This document shows, in pieces, positions 24,353 to 35,900 of a DNA stretch of 64,000 nucleotides. How positions within the stretch are numbered: position 1 is the first letter of the stretch; every line of letters starts with the position of its first letter. The notes beneath the pieces are model-generated. The model ran no database searches, was not told the DNA's origin, and saw nothing but the letters and a program-made list of their open reading frames with translations. Source of the DNA: Magallana gigas (taxonomy: Eukaryota); NCBI RefSeq assembly GCF_963853765.1, contig NC_088854.1:10354001-10418000 (forward strand). Reading direction: 5' to 3'. A program made the translations under genes and the position numbers.

Positions 24353-26901
24353 TATGGAGGGTAATCGTGTTCAAAAATCCAGACATGTAAACTTGTAAAT
24401 CCGAATATGTAATCGTGTTGGTGTGTGAGTCTGAGTATGAATATGTGTAATTCTGACCGTGTAACCTATAAAACTCGGGCATAAACACGTGTAAGATTTG
24501 ACTCAGTTCCTTCGCATGATGCACAATTCGCAGCTTTATTGCTTTCATCAGTTAATTAAACCTTCAACTTTGCACACTTTCAATCCGTAGTTTCTGCATT
24601 TGTATCTTCAGACTCGGCAATAGCACATCTGACATAATACAAATTGACAAATGTAAAGTCTACAAGTTTGTCGAATTTTGACATGACCATATATATGGAA
24701 ACAGTGACGTCACAGATAGAAAAAGGTTAGCTGCAGGTAAAGGCATGCCGTAATCGCCGGAATAGGGACGGAATAAATATAAAAAAATATAAGGATGGTC
24801 TATAATCATAATATCTCTGGATAACAACTTTTCTTAGAAAGTACTATTTTTCGGAAAGTTATCGATAAGAAAAACAAAGAATTTAAAGACATATATTGGT
24901 TTTGAGATTTTGATTAATATGAGACATAAGAAGCGCCCTTTAAAAATAAATAAATAAAAATTCCAAAGATAAGGTTAACTGTCGTGAAATTAAAATGTGT
25001 ATAAATTATTTTTAGAAATGTTTCATTTTGCATTGTCAGCAATATGTAGGGAAAAAAGCCTATCATGCAGGTGAAAATGGCATTTTTTAAAATTTCAAGC
25101 AATTATTACGGAATATGAGCATGACGTCCTGAATGTCGGTTCAATACAGACTCACTTTGTGAAATTGGTTGATAAAAAAATCCCGGAGAGCTATTATAAT
25201 ACAGCTTTACAGCCAATTGTAAACATGTACTGTTTGCCATAAGCAACTATAGTCTGTCCCAAGATATTTATGCAGCACATTTGGACGATTTTTTAATTAA
25301 AATACACATACCTGTGAAAGAAGTGCAATTAAAATAGTTGAATGGGATAATTTCCAAGATAATTTCATTGACACATTATCATCTTTCACTCGGAAAAACT
25401 CACAGGAATAAAAACAGATTCCTTACGGAGATTTATAATGGGGAATGTTTACATCTTTTCTCCATTTGGGATACTCTCGGAATACATCGCACAATTTTTC
25501 AACGTTATCAGCCGGGCTTGCTGCAATACAAAATCTCCGTAGACATCACATTTTTTAGCATTGTATTGAAACCTGATAAGCTAACAGGGGTGTTTCGACT
25601 GAGAAATCTTGGAAATTTTTCCCAAAAAGTATAAATACATGCCAATGTATAGTTACATACATTTTTCCGCAAAAAATTAAAAATAACAAGAGAAAAGCTC
25701 TCAATGTAACAATGTAACACCGGGTTTTCTTTTGTGTGATCACTATCCATATCATAATCCATTTGTCAATCCTGAATTGATAAATACTACCTATCCAAAA
25801 AAATGGGGTACTCTATATGCAATGTATTTGCCAAAAAATGACTAAGTTCAACAGCTGATATTTTTTGACAAATTATCAGAAATCAAAATCCTAGCAATTT
25901 GCATAAATTTATGTCTGATTTATGTATAAGTGTTATGCAAAAGAACAATTTCCTATCTCAAAAACTGTACGAGGAGTTATCGGTAGAATAAGGGTACCTT
26001 TTTGGCAGCCACTCACCCGCCCGCCATTTGCACTTTTTCAATAATCGAAAAACCCGGTTAAAATTCTCTCTAAAAATTCTTAGAAGTCAGAAGCAATGGA
26101 GTTACAACATGGGACCTCACGGCGGTCTCCGAACCTCATGCTGCTCAAAATATATTTACCCCCTTAAGAAATTTCTTGATCCGTCTCATTTCTAGAAAAG
26201 AGTACGCATTTACTTATATTCCAGTTTAAATTACATGTCAAATTATTTTAGAGAAATAAGATATTAGGCATTTCTTTTTAACCCTTATCATACAATACCA
26301 TGAGAATTATATTACAGAAATTAGCGCATTCGTCACATCGGCGACGATTTTTATGTGTATAACCCTCTTCCTGTTTGGTCCAGTTTCAATCATACCTAAA
26401 AAAAATTTCTAAAAATAATACCGGTATTTTCGATAGAAAATAGATAAATGTCCTTCATTAAAAGCTTATTGCAACATTTAAGCTGAATATTATGTTTATG
26501 ATTTATCCATTCCGGCGATTACGGCATGCCGTTTCCCCGCAGCAAAGCAGTTGCCATATAAGGTCATGTCAAAATTCGACAAACTTGTAGACTTTACATT
26601 TGTCAATTTGTATTATGTCAGATGTGCTATTGCCGAGTCTGAAGATACAAATGCAGAAACTACGGGTTGAAAGTGTGCAAAGTTGAAGGTTTAATTAACT
26701 GATGAAAGCAATAAAGCTGCGAATTGTGCATCATGCGAAGGAACTGAGTCAAATCTTACACGTGCATGTTTATGCCCGAGTTTTATAGGTTACACGGTCA
26801 GAATTACACATATTCATACTCAGACTCACACACCAACACGATTACATATTCGGATTTACAAGTTTACATGTCTGGATTTTTGAACACGATTACCCTCCAT
26901 A
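24353..26901. mobile_element. 2.5-kb long-TIR non-autonomous DNA transposon, IS3EU-type by termini/TSD
   Basis: ~340-bp near-identical TIRs (one substitution and one 4-bp indel seen) with similarity extending to ~410 bp; termini TATGGAGGG...CCCTCCATA; 6-bp TSD TACTGG (24347-24352, 26902-26907). Confidence 0.8.
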
Positions 26902-27409
26902 TACTGGGTGGGTGTAAAAACAAAATGTCTAATATGACAACTAGTTTTCATATTTACGCCCACGCAGTAAATTTGAAATTTACAACAAGACAGTATTCTG
27001 TGATCAATTACTAGTGCCATATGTTTTCTGATAAATGCAAATCCCACATTAACTTTCTTCTATTATCGAAAACAAAAACCCAGTAAAATAGTAAAAATTG
27101 TAAAAAGATGGGTGAATAAGGCGTGTAAAATGCCTATATGAGGAGAGATAAGATACTGCAAAATTAAAATATCTTCAATGCTTCTTCTTTTAAAGTGCGA
27201 GTCTGGGCTCCACATTTTTGTCATAGTCTAAATAAGGTTTAATGGTAATCAAACATATTTCTATCAACAAAGACGTGGAGAGATGACCCACTATACTTTT
27301 AAATGTCATTTTGTATCCCAACAATTGAACATCATAGATAAATAATACAAGTCCGTAAATTCGTGACCATAGTCTCATATAGCATTTAAACAACAGTCTT
27401 TGTTGTGAC

Positions 27410-27515
27410 TGAAATGGCTCAGTGGTTAAAGCACCAGACTTTGGAAAAAGATTAACTAGACTTTAGGTAACTTATTAGAACTAGGGTCTTTAGGTTTTGG
27501 GTTCGATACCACTAA
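27410..27515 (+). mobile_element. Degenerate tRNA-derived (Pol III box) segment within a repeat; similar at 15781-15840 (-) and ~39090-39150 (+)
   Basis: A-box tggctcagtgg, B-box ggttcgatacc, spacing too long and no cloverleaf, so not a tRNA gene. Confidence 0.5.
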
Positions 27516-27789
27516 ACCTTTGTAATTTACTTATCTTTTGTTAAAAATTCTAAACTGAATATAGTTAGAAGCATTCCTTTTGTTAACTTGTACTATAACA
27601 TATCAAATATACTTAACTGAAAAAAAAATTAAAATTGTATTTTCCAACTAAACCAAATGGGCATTTGCGCTATCTCGTTCCCCCATCTTCTTTCAGAAAT
27701 GAGCTGACCAGTGACATATTTCGCTAGCCTGGCGGGCGTTATCTATTGTATACTGCTGGGTACAAGATACAAGGGACTACCTAACAATT

Positions 27790-28325
27790 TAAGTCTTCAT
27801 ATTTGGTAAGAATGGGGCCTCGGGACAGACAAGTTGACCCTCAAAAGGAATTAGATTTAAACGACCATCAACAGGTACAGCTAACCTGGTGAAAACATCA
27901 AAATTTATACAATACATTTATAATGGGAATTTTATTCAAGGGGCAAACTTACATCCAAAACCCCATATTTAAACCTACATCTTTGGTTAGAATGGGGCCC
28001 CGGGAAAGACCCGTTGTCCATCAGAAGGAACTGAGTTTACACGACCGTTAACAAGTATAGGTAGCCTGGTGAAAATAGTAAATATCGGATAATACCGATA
28101 TAATTGGAATAGTATTCTAGAGTTATGTCCTTTATTTAAAAAAAAATTTCAACCCCCTTACCGTATGGATGATTTGTACCAAGTTTGATAAAGAACCTAG
28201 TAGTTCTATAGAAGAAGCCAAAAATGTGAGAAGTAATTTAGAGACAGACGGATGGGCGGACCAATGGCGGACAACAGGTGATAAGGAAAAGCTCACTTTA
28301 ACCTTCGGTTTAAGTGAGCTAACAA
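27790..28325 (-). mobile_element. HINE fragment with two ~180-bp tandem monomers
   Basis: aatggggcc... units at 27811 and 27991; terminus aagctcactttaaccttcggtttaagtgagct resembles that of 51933-52445. Confidence 0.55.
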
Positions 28326-29466
28326 AATTACATCTGAGAATGATTATAGAGCATATAAAGTATGTAGGACTTCTATGATTTTTATGACAATGACGCATTA
28401 TTTTCCATAAGTCCATCTGTATGAAAACATTCTATTTCTGGTGACTAGCTAAGGAAAAAAATTGAGAAGAGACACCAGGAATTAACAATCTATTACTTCA
28501 AAAACACCATCAAGTTGAGCATATCTAAACATCAGTGAAAGGACATCATTATCATTTCATGATACAACAAAACTATGACAGAAGAATTAGCACCCAAAAC
28601 AATATAGTCAATACAACAATGGGATATATGAAAAGCCTTAAGTAACAATGATATTGGTCAACTGGATAACAATATGTGTTCTACAGTTCATGTATCGATG
28701 CCATTCTAAAAATTATTTCAAAAAGCACAAGGAGTTGAGATTAAATGCAAATGAAAATAATATGACAGTAAAAGAAGTTTGTGGAAAACATGTAAAATTC
28801 CTTGTTAAATGAAGAAATCAAATATAAAATAATAAGATTGTTTTAAAGACATCATGTTTTGATGTAAATATAAAGAACCTTAAAGTTAAAGATGTGAAGA
28901 ACATGTAAACTTTTTTCTGTTTGATGAAAAATTCAAATGTTAAGATCATGTAACTAGAAGTTTTGATAAGCATGGTATTGTGATAGTATGGAAACAGATA
29001 AAAATTAAACACTTTCACATAATTATGCCCACCTGGATTTAATGTTCTAACGTTTGAAAACATGATCATTTCATAGTCATAAAAACATGATTTAACAGAA
29101 CAGACTTTATCACAAAACGTGACATGTTCTGAGAGGACTGAAATATGGGAATAGTCAACAATGACATTCATTGACTAATGAATAAAATCTATACCCTCAC
29201 ATTTAATAGTTAAACCCCTTTGATGAATTAGCATATTATAATACTAGAGCACTATACACTCTTAACACCACAAAATTTGAAATCAATAAAAACAACAAAA
29301 TTGACAACAAAACCATTATAAAAACAAATATAAAATGATAAAAGAATATCCATGTATCAAAAATGTTTATATCATATCACAAGTGTGTTTTCAAATAAAA
29401 TTTCTGATATTTTTTATATCAGAACAAATCAGATCATTACAAGTATTTGAGTCACATGAACTGCAA

Positions 29467-29924
29467 TCACAGAAAAGTCACCCTCCTGGCCGGTGATTTG
29501 GGTACGCCACTGTAGGCGTCATATATCTCTGGGTTGCAGGCCATACTGGGGCTCAAACAGGCCGCCAAACCCTCTTTCACCCCTCCAGCATCCCCCACAA
29601 TGGAATGATGGTCCATCTTGGGGCTGTTTTCGTTTTCTATATTGAGGTCCAGGGATTCCCCAAGTCCCTCATCAGTGCGTAGAGAACCTATGCCCCTCCG
29701 TGGACTACGCCTGCGAAGGTTGTCTGGTTTTTCCAGGAAAGTGAAGGACGCAGTACCCTCCTTGTCTTTTTTTTCACCAGCAGCAGTACCCTGTGGATTT
29801 TTGTCTGGTAGGACTTGGTCTGGATTGCCATTTTTGTTGTTGGACTCTTTTATGGTTCCCATGGTCATGGTTCTTTTCAGTCTTTCCAAGTTGACTTGGT
29901 TACGGCGTCTGTAGGATCTTCGAT
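29467..29924 (-). CDS. TRPgamma: TRPC terminal coding exon ending ...SPARRVTFL*
   Basis: ttttattttctag|AT CGA AGA; phase 1 matches donor at 32236; in frame with ORF 29467..29889. Confidence 0.85.
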
Positions 29925-32900
29925 CTAGAAAATAAAATTTTGTATTCTTACGATATCTTTAGCCAAACAATAAATAATCAGTTACATACATCGTTGCATC
30001 AAAGTCATTTAATTTTATAGCCTCCACCAGGTTTCTAGTAATATTTGTGTGGCAAACATTAAAATTTTGTAAGATTCTCCTTGTAAATTTTACACAGACA
30101 ACTAACAATTATTTTAAGTATAGGAAATATTCAAGAAATTTTTTGCTAAGGAGAATAAAGAGTACCAATATTGGTTTGAATTTTGATATAATGTTAGTTT
30201 AGGCAATCCAAGTTCTACAAAATTTACATATTTTCCCTTCAAAGTTCAATTAAGCCAATATGAAGTCCAAGAAGACACATTTCTTGGGAGTAATTATTGG
30301 TAAGGTTCTTTTAACTTGCTACAGATTTTAATAAATTCAAGTAGAATTTAAGATATTTTACAGATGATTGTGAAGGAGAAAAATTTGTACAACACTGAGA
30401 AAGAGCTGTTGTTATAAATGAAGCAAAATAATAAAGAGAACATGTATATTTTAAACTACAACAAAAAGAGCTCTTTTATAAAGAAAAAACCCCATTTATA
30501 TATTTAGAGCTATTGTCTAATAGCTATAAGCAACAAAAATTGTGTAGCACTACAGGAATATAGATATATACAAGGAAATAGAAATTCAATAAATAGGCCA
30601 GAGAAAGCTATGGAAGATCTTACCAATTACAATGACATACATTTATTCAAATTGTTGAAATAAAAATTAATTCGATACTATGTAAATTATGCAAAACGCC
30701 GAGAAATAAAACCATGTGTTCCCTCACATACAAATTATATTGGCTCTTTTAAATATTTATAACTTTTCATCTATTTTTAATTGTGGTGTTGCAAAGGAAC
30801 ATTGTTGCTAAGTTTTAAAATGAAGAAAAAAAATACGTATAGACAAGTGAGTCTTGTTTATACTGAGAAAGCCATTCATTATGTAGTTAGGAAATTAAAA
30901 AAAGGTAAATAAAAAAATTATAAGATATTGTGAATTTGTGTTGTATTATTTTAGGAGTATATATCTGAGATATAACTTTGGTAAGTTTATTGAGTACCAG
31001 CCTCTACTGAAATCTTTCCATCTTGATGAAATTGGTTTCATCAAATAAATCCAACATCACCATGCCTTATTGTACACTAACATATAAGAAAATATGCTTT
31101 TCCTATAATAATAGTCACAAAAGCAAATGCTAGACTAAATCTTCAATGTTCATTCATATTTAGACAAAATAATATATGAAAGAACATAATTTCTTTCATG
31201 TAAGTTTTAAGTTAGAATAAAGCGGAAGTTTGTTCACTTCAAGAGTAGAATCTAGAAAATATATGTATAATATATTAATATGTAAAATATATAGACAAAC
31301 TGTACCAGCACTAAAATAGCTGTTAATTGTTGTTAGTAAAAGGCAAGCCATTATAGTGATTATTAGTATTTGTTATATCAAATGACACCTTTCACAAGAA
31401 AATTCTAGGAGGTTTTATGATACAAAATTTTTCATTTTTTGTAGAACTATTAACAAAAAAATAGAATTTTCCTGTGAAATGCTTTGCAGGAACAAACGAA
31501 GATAGAGTATACTTTGATAGCCAATCGTCTATGGTGTATTAAACTTATACCTGCAACATGAATGGCCTGCCTTCTTGTCCCATGACCAACTTCCCATCTG
31601 CCATCATCCAAGTGGTTAGGGGTACTTTTAACTACAGTACTTTTAATAGTATTTTAAATCACAGAGAAAAAATAAAGAGGAAACTGCATAAACTACAGAA
31701 CTCTTAAAAATTTGGAAGACAACAGTAACATTCAAGCACAGCAGTGGTTCCTATAGCAACAACATCACTATAAGTAAAAGAAATAGTGGAAAAATAAATA
31801 ATACAATGTAATGCCATCTGGCCGATTGTCCCCATACACAAGAAACAAACATGGATTAAGAGAAGATTGAATGTTTAGGACTATGCCAGATAACATGTTA
31901 CATAAACACAGACTCTAAACATGAGATCTTGTGTGTGAGTAAAAACTGGACTACCATGTGAATATGTTCAAAACAAACAATGTTGTTTCACAAAAACAAC
32001 CATGGAAGAACTCATTTTTTCTCTCTGACAAGTGACAATTTGATTTTTTTTTGCATCCATATGGTAGCCCCAAAAGGCTAGAGAGGAACAAACAAGCAAA
32101 GCATTGGATTGCTTTGATAAACAGTGAAAAAGGGAAAAGTGCTCTATTCCATTGGGAAGCCATTTTGACTCTGAGTGGAATCAAAACTCTCTGAAAGCCC
32201 TCCACAGAGCTGCTTCCAGTAGCGCATCTTCTTACTGGTCGGTTTTGGCTGATTGGGGTTTGGAGTTTTCATTCCATTATTACGTAAAATTTCAAGCAGT
32301 TCGTATCTAAACGAGGATATGTCCTGTTTTATTTCTTGCACGTCGTCCTCGGTCACACCTTCGCCTCGTAGCGGACCTCGCTGTTTTTGCATAATATATC
32401 TTTTTATCAAGTCTCTCATGACACGCTGAAGAAAAGAAGAGAAAAATAAAGTCTGATCCATTTAGAATGTGAACAAATATCCCTAACGATAAAGAATGTC
32501 TTCAATATTGAGAAATATATCCTGAATTGGAGAGTTATGATAAATGCTGATACTGTAGTACATATTTGATGGATATAAAATTATCATTTCTAAAACATGG
32601 TCAGTTAGAATGTACATATATATACTAATGATCTACATACCTGATATCTAATTTCCTTTTCATTAATTTTCTTGACAATTTTCTGAAGATAAAAAATAGT
32701 TTCATTGCAGTTTGCAATACACAGTCATAAAAACAAATGGCAAACAGTTTAGGAAATAGAAAACATTTGGAACCATTTCAAATATCATACTTTTAAAACA
32801 AGAGTTTGAATTATGAAAAAGTGTTATCAAACAAAGTTCTTTGCAACCATTTGAGCACCCACTCGTATACTCTGCCATCTGTTTCTCTTCTGGTGGAGAG

Positions 32901-35900
32901 AACATGAGAACACGTTACGTTTGAACCACAGTAGGAGATAGATGCAGGACTTGGGACTAGGTATGATGTTGAATGGAGCAGGCAGAGTCCCGCTGTCCTC
33001 AAAGTAACTCATCCACAGCTTGGATCGCGCAAACTTCCACTCCTCATCTGCCTGGCTCTGAAGCAAAAAAAACAAGTATTCCTTTTAAAGGAATGATCGG
33101 CAATAATGATATATTGATAGCTAGAAGCAATCAACATGATCAGTTTGATGTAAAATAATTTAAAAAGTACTGTATTTTTACAAAATATAGAATATTTTGA
33201 ATATGTACACCATAATTTCATCATTATAAACTGTCAACAAATTTAATTTTGAAATAATTTGGGGAAAGCCGTTCGTAAACTCCTTGTCTAGTTTTATAAT
33301 TTTAACGTAATCATTAAATGTTAATGTATCTTCTTCTTCCTCAGAATACTAGAACTGAGAAGGGCTCTTCAAAGAGCATTAACACGTATACAAAGAAAGT
33401 GTTGTATTAAAATAATTTAAAACATTGAATGCTCATCATAACTTGCTATTGAGGTCGCATTATAACGTAACGTTTATAAATCAAGCCGTCTTCCTAGCTA
33501 CTATTATGCAACATCAATAGATCGAGGTCAGTTCATGGAGCATCTTCTTAAATGATTGAGGTCAGTTCATCGAGGTCAACTGCATTACTGAATGAATCTT
33601 TCGATCGAAATTCTTACGCGTGAGACAAAATGTGCATTCTTGAATTAACAGGTCGAACTGTATTTTATGTATGTTTGCATCTCTTAAGGTAAATGAATTG
33701 AAATAAAACTGAGCAAAATGTTATATAAATACTAAACCAAACTTCATATTTTTATAAGAACTACTTATGCAAGAAGAATGTGTGCGCACGTGGAAGCATT
33801 TGCCGGATGCCTCATATGGACACAACAGTGATCGGCCGAAGCCGATCACAAAAAAGATACCATGATCAGATGGTGTTTAAAATTTTTCAAAATGTCAGCA
33901 ACCAGAATTTAATTGCATCACCTCCCTCATATTTTCTGATGAGATGTACTCTGTGAAAAGTGAGTTTATTTAAACCATTTCACAGAGCATATTTATTGTC
34001 AATATATATAATACATTGTATTTAATTCATAAAACACCTTTAACCATTAATAAACAATCAACTCTCTATGAAGAATAACTAGAAATTTCACAGAACACTT
34101 CTGAAAGAGTTCCTCTGCACACTGAAGGATTTTTTTTCTATAGTACTTGTTAAATTAGAATTTTTTGCTCTTTGAATATTGAATAAAGATAAAATTAACT
34201 ATCTTCTACAATGTATGTAGTAATAGGCAATTTCATTTTACACATTTCTAATTTAATATTTGTTTGATTTTAAATGTGCATGACATTCAGCTATTGTGGA
34301 AACTGTCTTCTGGCAAAGATGCTAAAGAAAATACACTGGTACATAAAATACATACAGTATATAAAGTGCTTTATTTAACAATATATGCATTTCCCTTTTT
34401 TTACCATTAAGTTTCTCTATTACATTTTTTCATTGTTTCAGATAATTTTTTGGTAGAGAAAATGGCCCATTTTTGAACTAGACAAATCAAATATGTACAT
34501 CTTCATGTAATGTAATGTAATGTTTTCAGAGTCCAAAATTAATTTCCTTACTGCATAGATGTTCTCAAAAAGTCTCATAGTGTATAAAGGGTCCTTAAAA
34601 TACTTTGCACTCTAAGAACTTACTGAGGTATTGTGGTAGGAGTTACTCATCATGGCAATGAGCAGGTTAAGGAGGACAACCAGGGCTATCCAGCTGTACG
34701 ACCCAAACATCAGCTTGCCGATAAACTCCGTAAATATGTGATTCTCCAGAAGCTCTGCATTGTTTAAATCGATCAAACCATAAATCGACCAGTAAAGAGT
34801 CTGCAGAATCTGAAATAAGCTGCCAAAGTAAAACAGACACTTTTTTATTATGAAAAACTCTGAATCAAAATGGAACCATTTTAACAAGAGCTTGGACTTT
34901 CAATTGAGTAGTTGTGTCAAACAGCAATGTGGTGTAGGCCTGTTTATTTCATTAATGCTGGCTACTCAGCCATGGCTCTTTGAAATCATCAAGATTTGTT
35001 TGGTTTTTGAGCCAAGACTATGCAATCTATGCATATTTCACTCAAAACAGCATTATTTTAACTCATTTTGATGCAAGAAATAGATATAAAGTTAAGCCCA
35101 ACCGAAATTCCAAGGTCTTGTTTAAATGGTTCTAATAAACATGGGTAAACATATGTAATAGAGAGACAAAGTGAGAGTTACTATGAAGTGTATTATTTAG
35201 TGTCCACAATCTTACGAAAATTATTTTTTTTTCAACAATTAGAATTTTAAATATTTGATTTCATGCAATTCAGAATGTGCCTATTTTATGCATATAAGCA
35301 TGACCTTTAGCAATTTATTCCATCAATTAAGCAGAAGTGTTTTGAGACAAATACCTAGAGCCAATGTAATACTTTTACAGGTATTCAGTTTGAAAATTTA
35401 TTTCTTCCTATATAGTCTGACAAAATAGAAGGAAAAGTTTTTGGCTGCATGCATTTCTACCAGTATTAGTTAAAGTAACAGCAATTCCCCTTTGCTTACC
35501 CTTAAAAATGCCATAACATCTCTTCAATTTTTAAATCTTGTTTTTATTTTTGCATCCAGCAGATATGCAAAACACATAAACTATTATAAATACTTGGCAT
35601 TTATATATTCATTATTTGATGCAAAACGATGTAATGCCAGAATTAAGTACTTGCATAAAATAAAGAATCCACCATATTAAAATACAATATGAAATAAGCA
35701 GGTATCAATTTTTGATGACTTACTTGGCAAACCTCTTATATCTTCTATCACATGACTCCTCAATATTCTGCACCTTACATTCTCTCTCCCTTAATGTTGC
35801 ATAGTACCAATACAAATGGTTCAGTCCACAAGCGAACGAAAAAAGCACCAACCCGTATAACACCGCAAATTTCATAATGTCCAGGATCATTCGACCCAGT

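Noticed and set aside
24306-27014. Two ORFs sharing FMPEFYRLHGQNYTYS... on opposite strands (24306-24548 and 26766-27014)
   Set aside because: They are mirror images produced by the long TIRs; no known domain and they diverge at the TIR edge.
27410-27515. Possible tRNA gene
   Set aside because: A-B box spacing is too long and no acceptor/anticodon stems fold; treated as a tRNA-derived repeat.
31740-31800. Strong pyrimidine-tract acceptor in last TRPC intron
   Set aside because: In-frame stop within five codons in the required phase and no matching donor.
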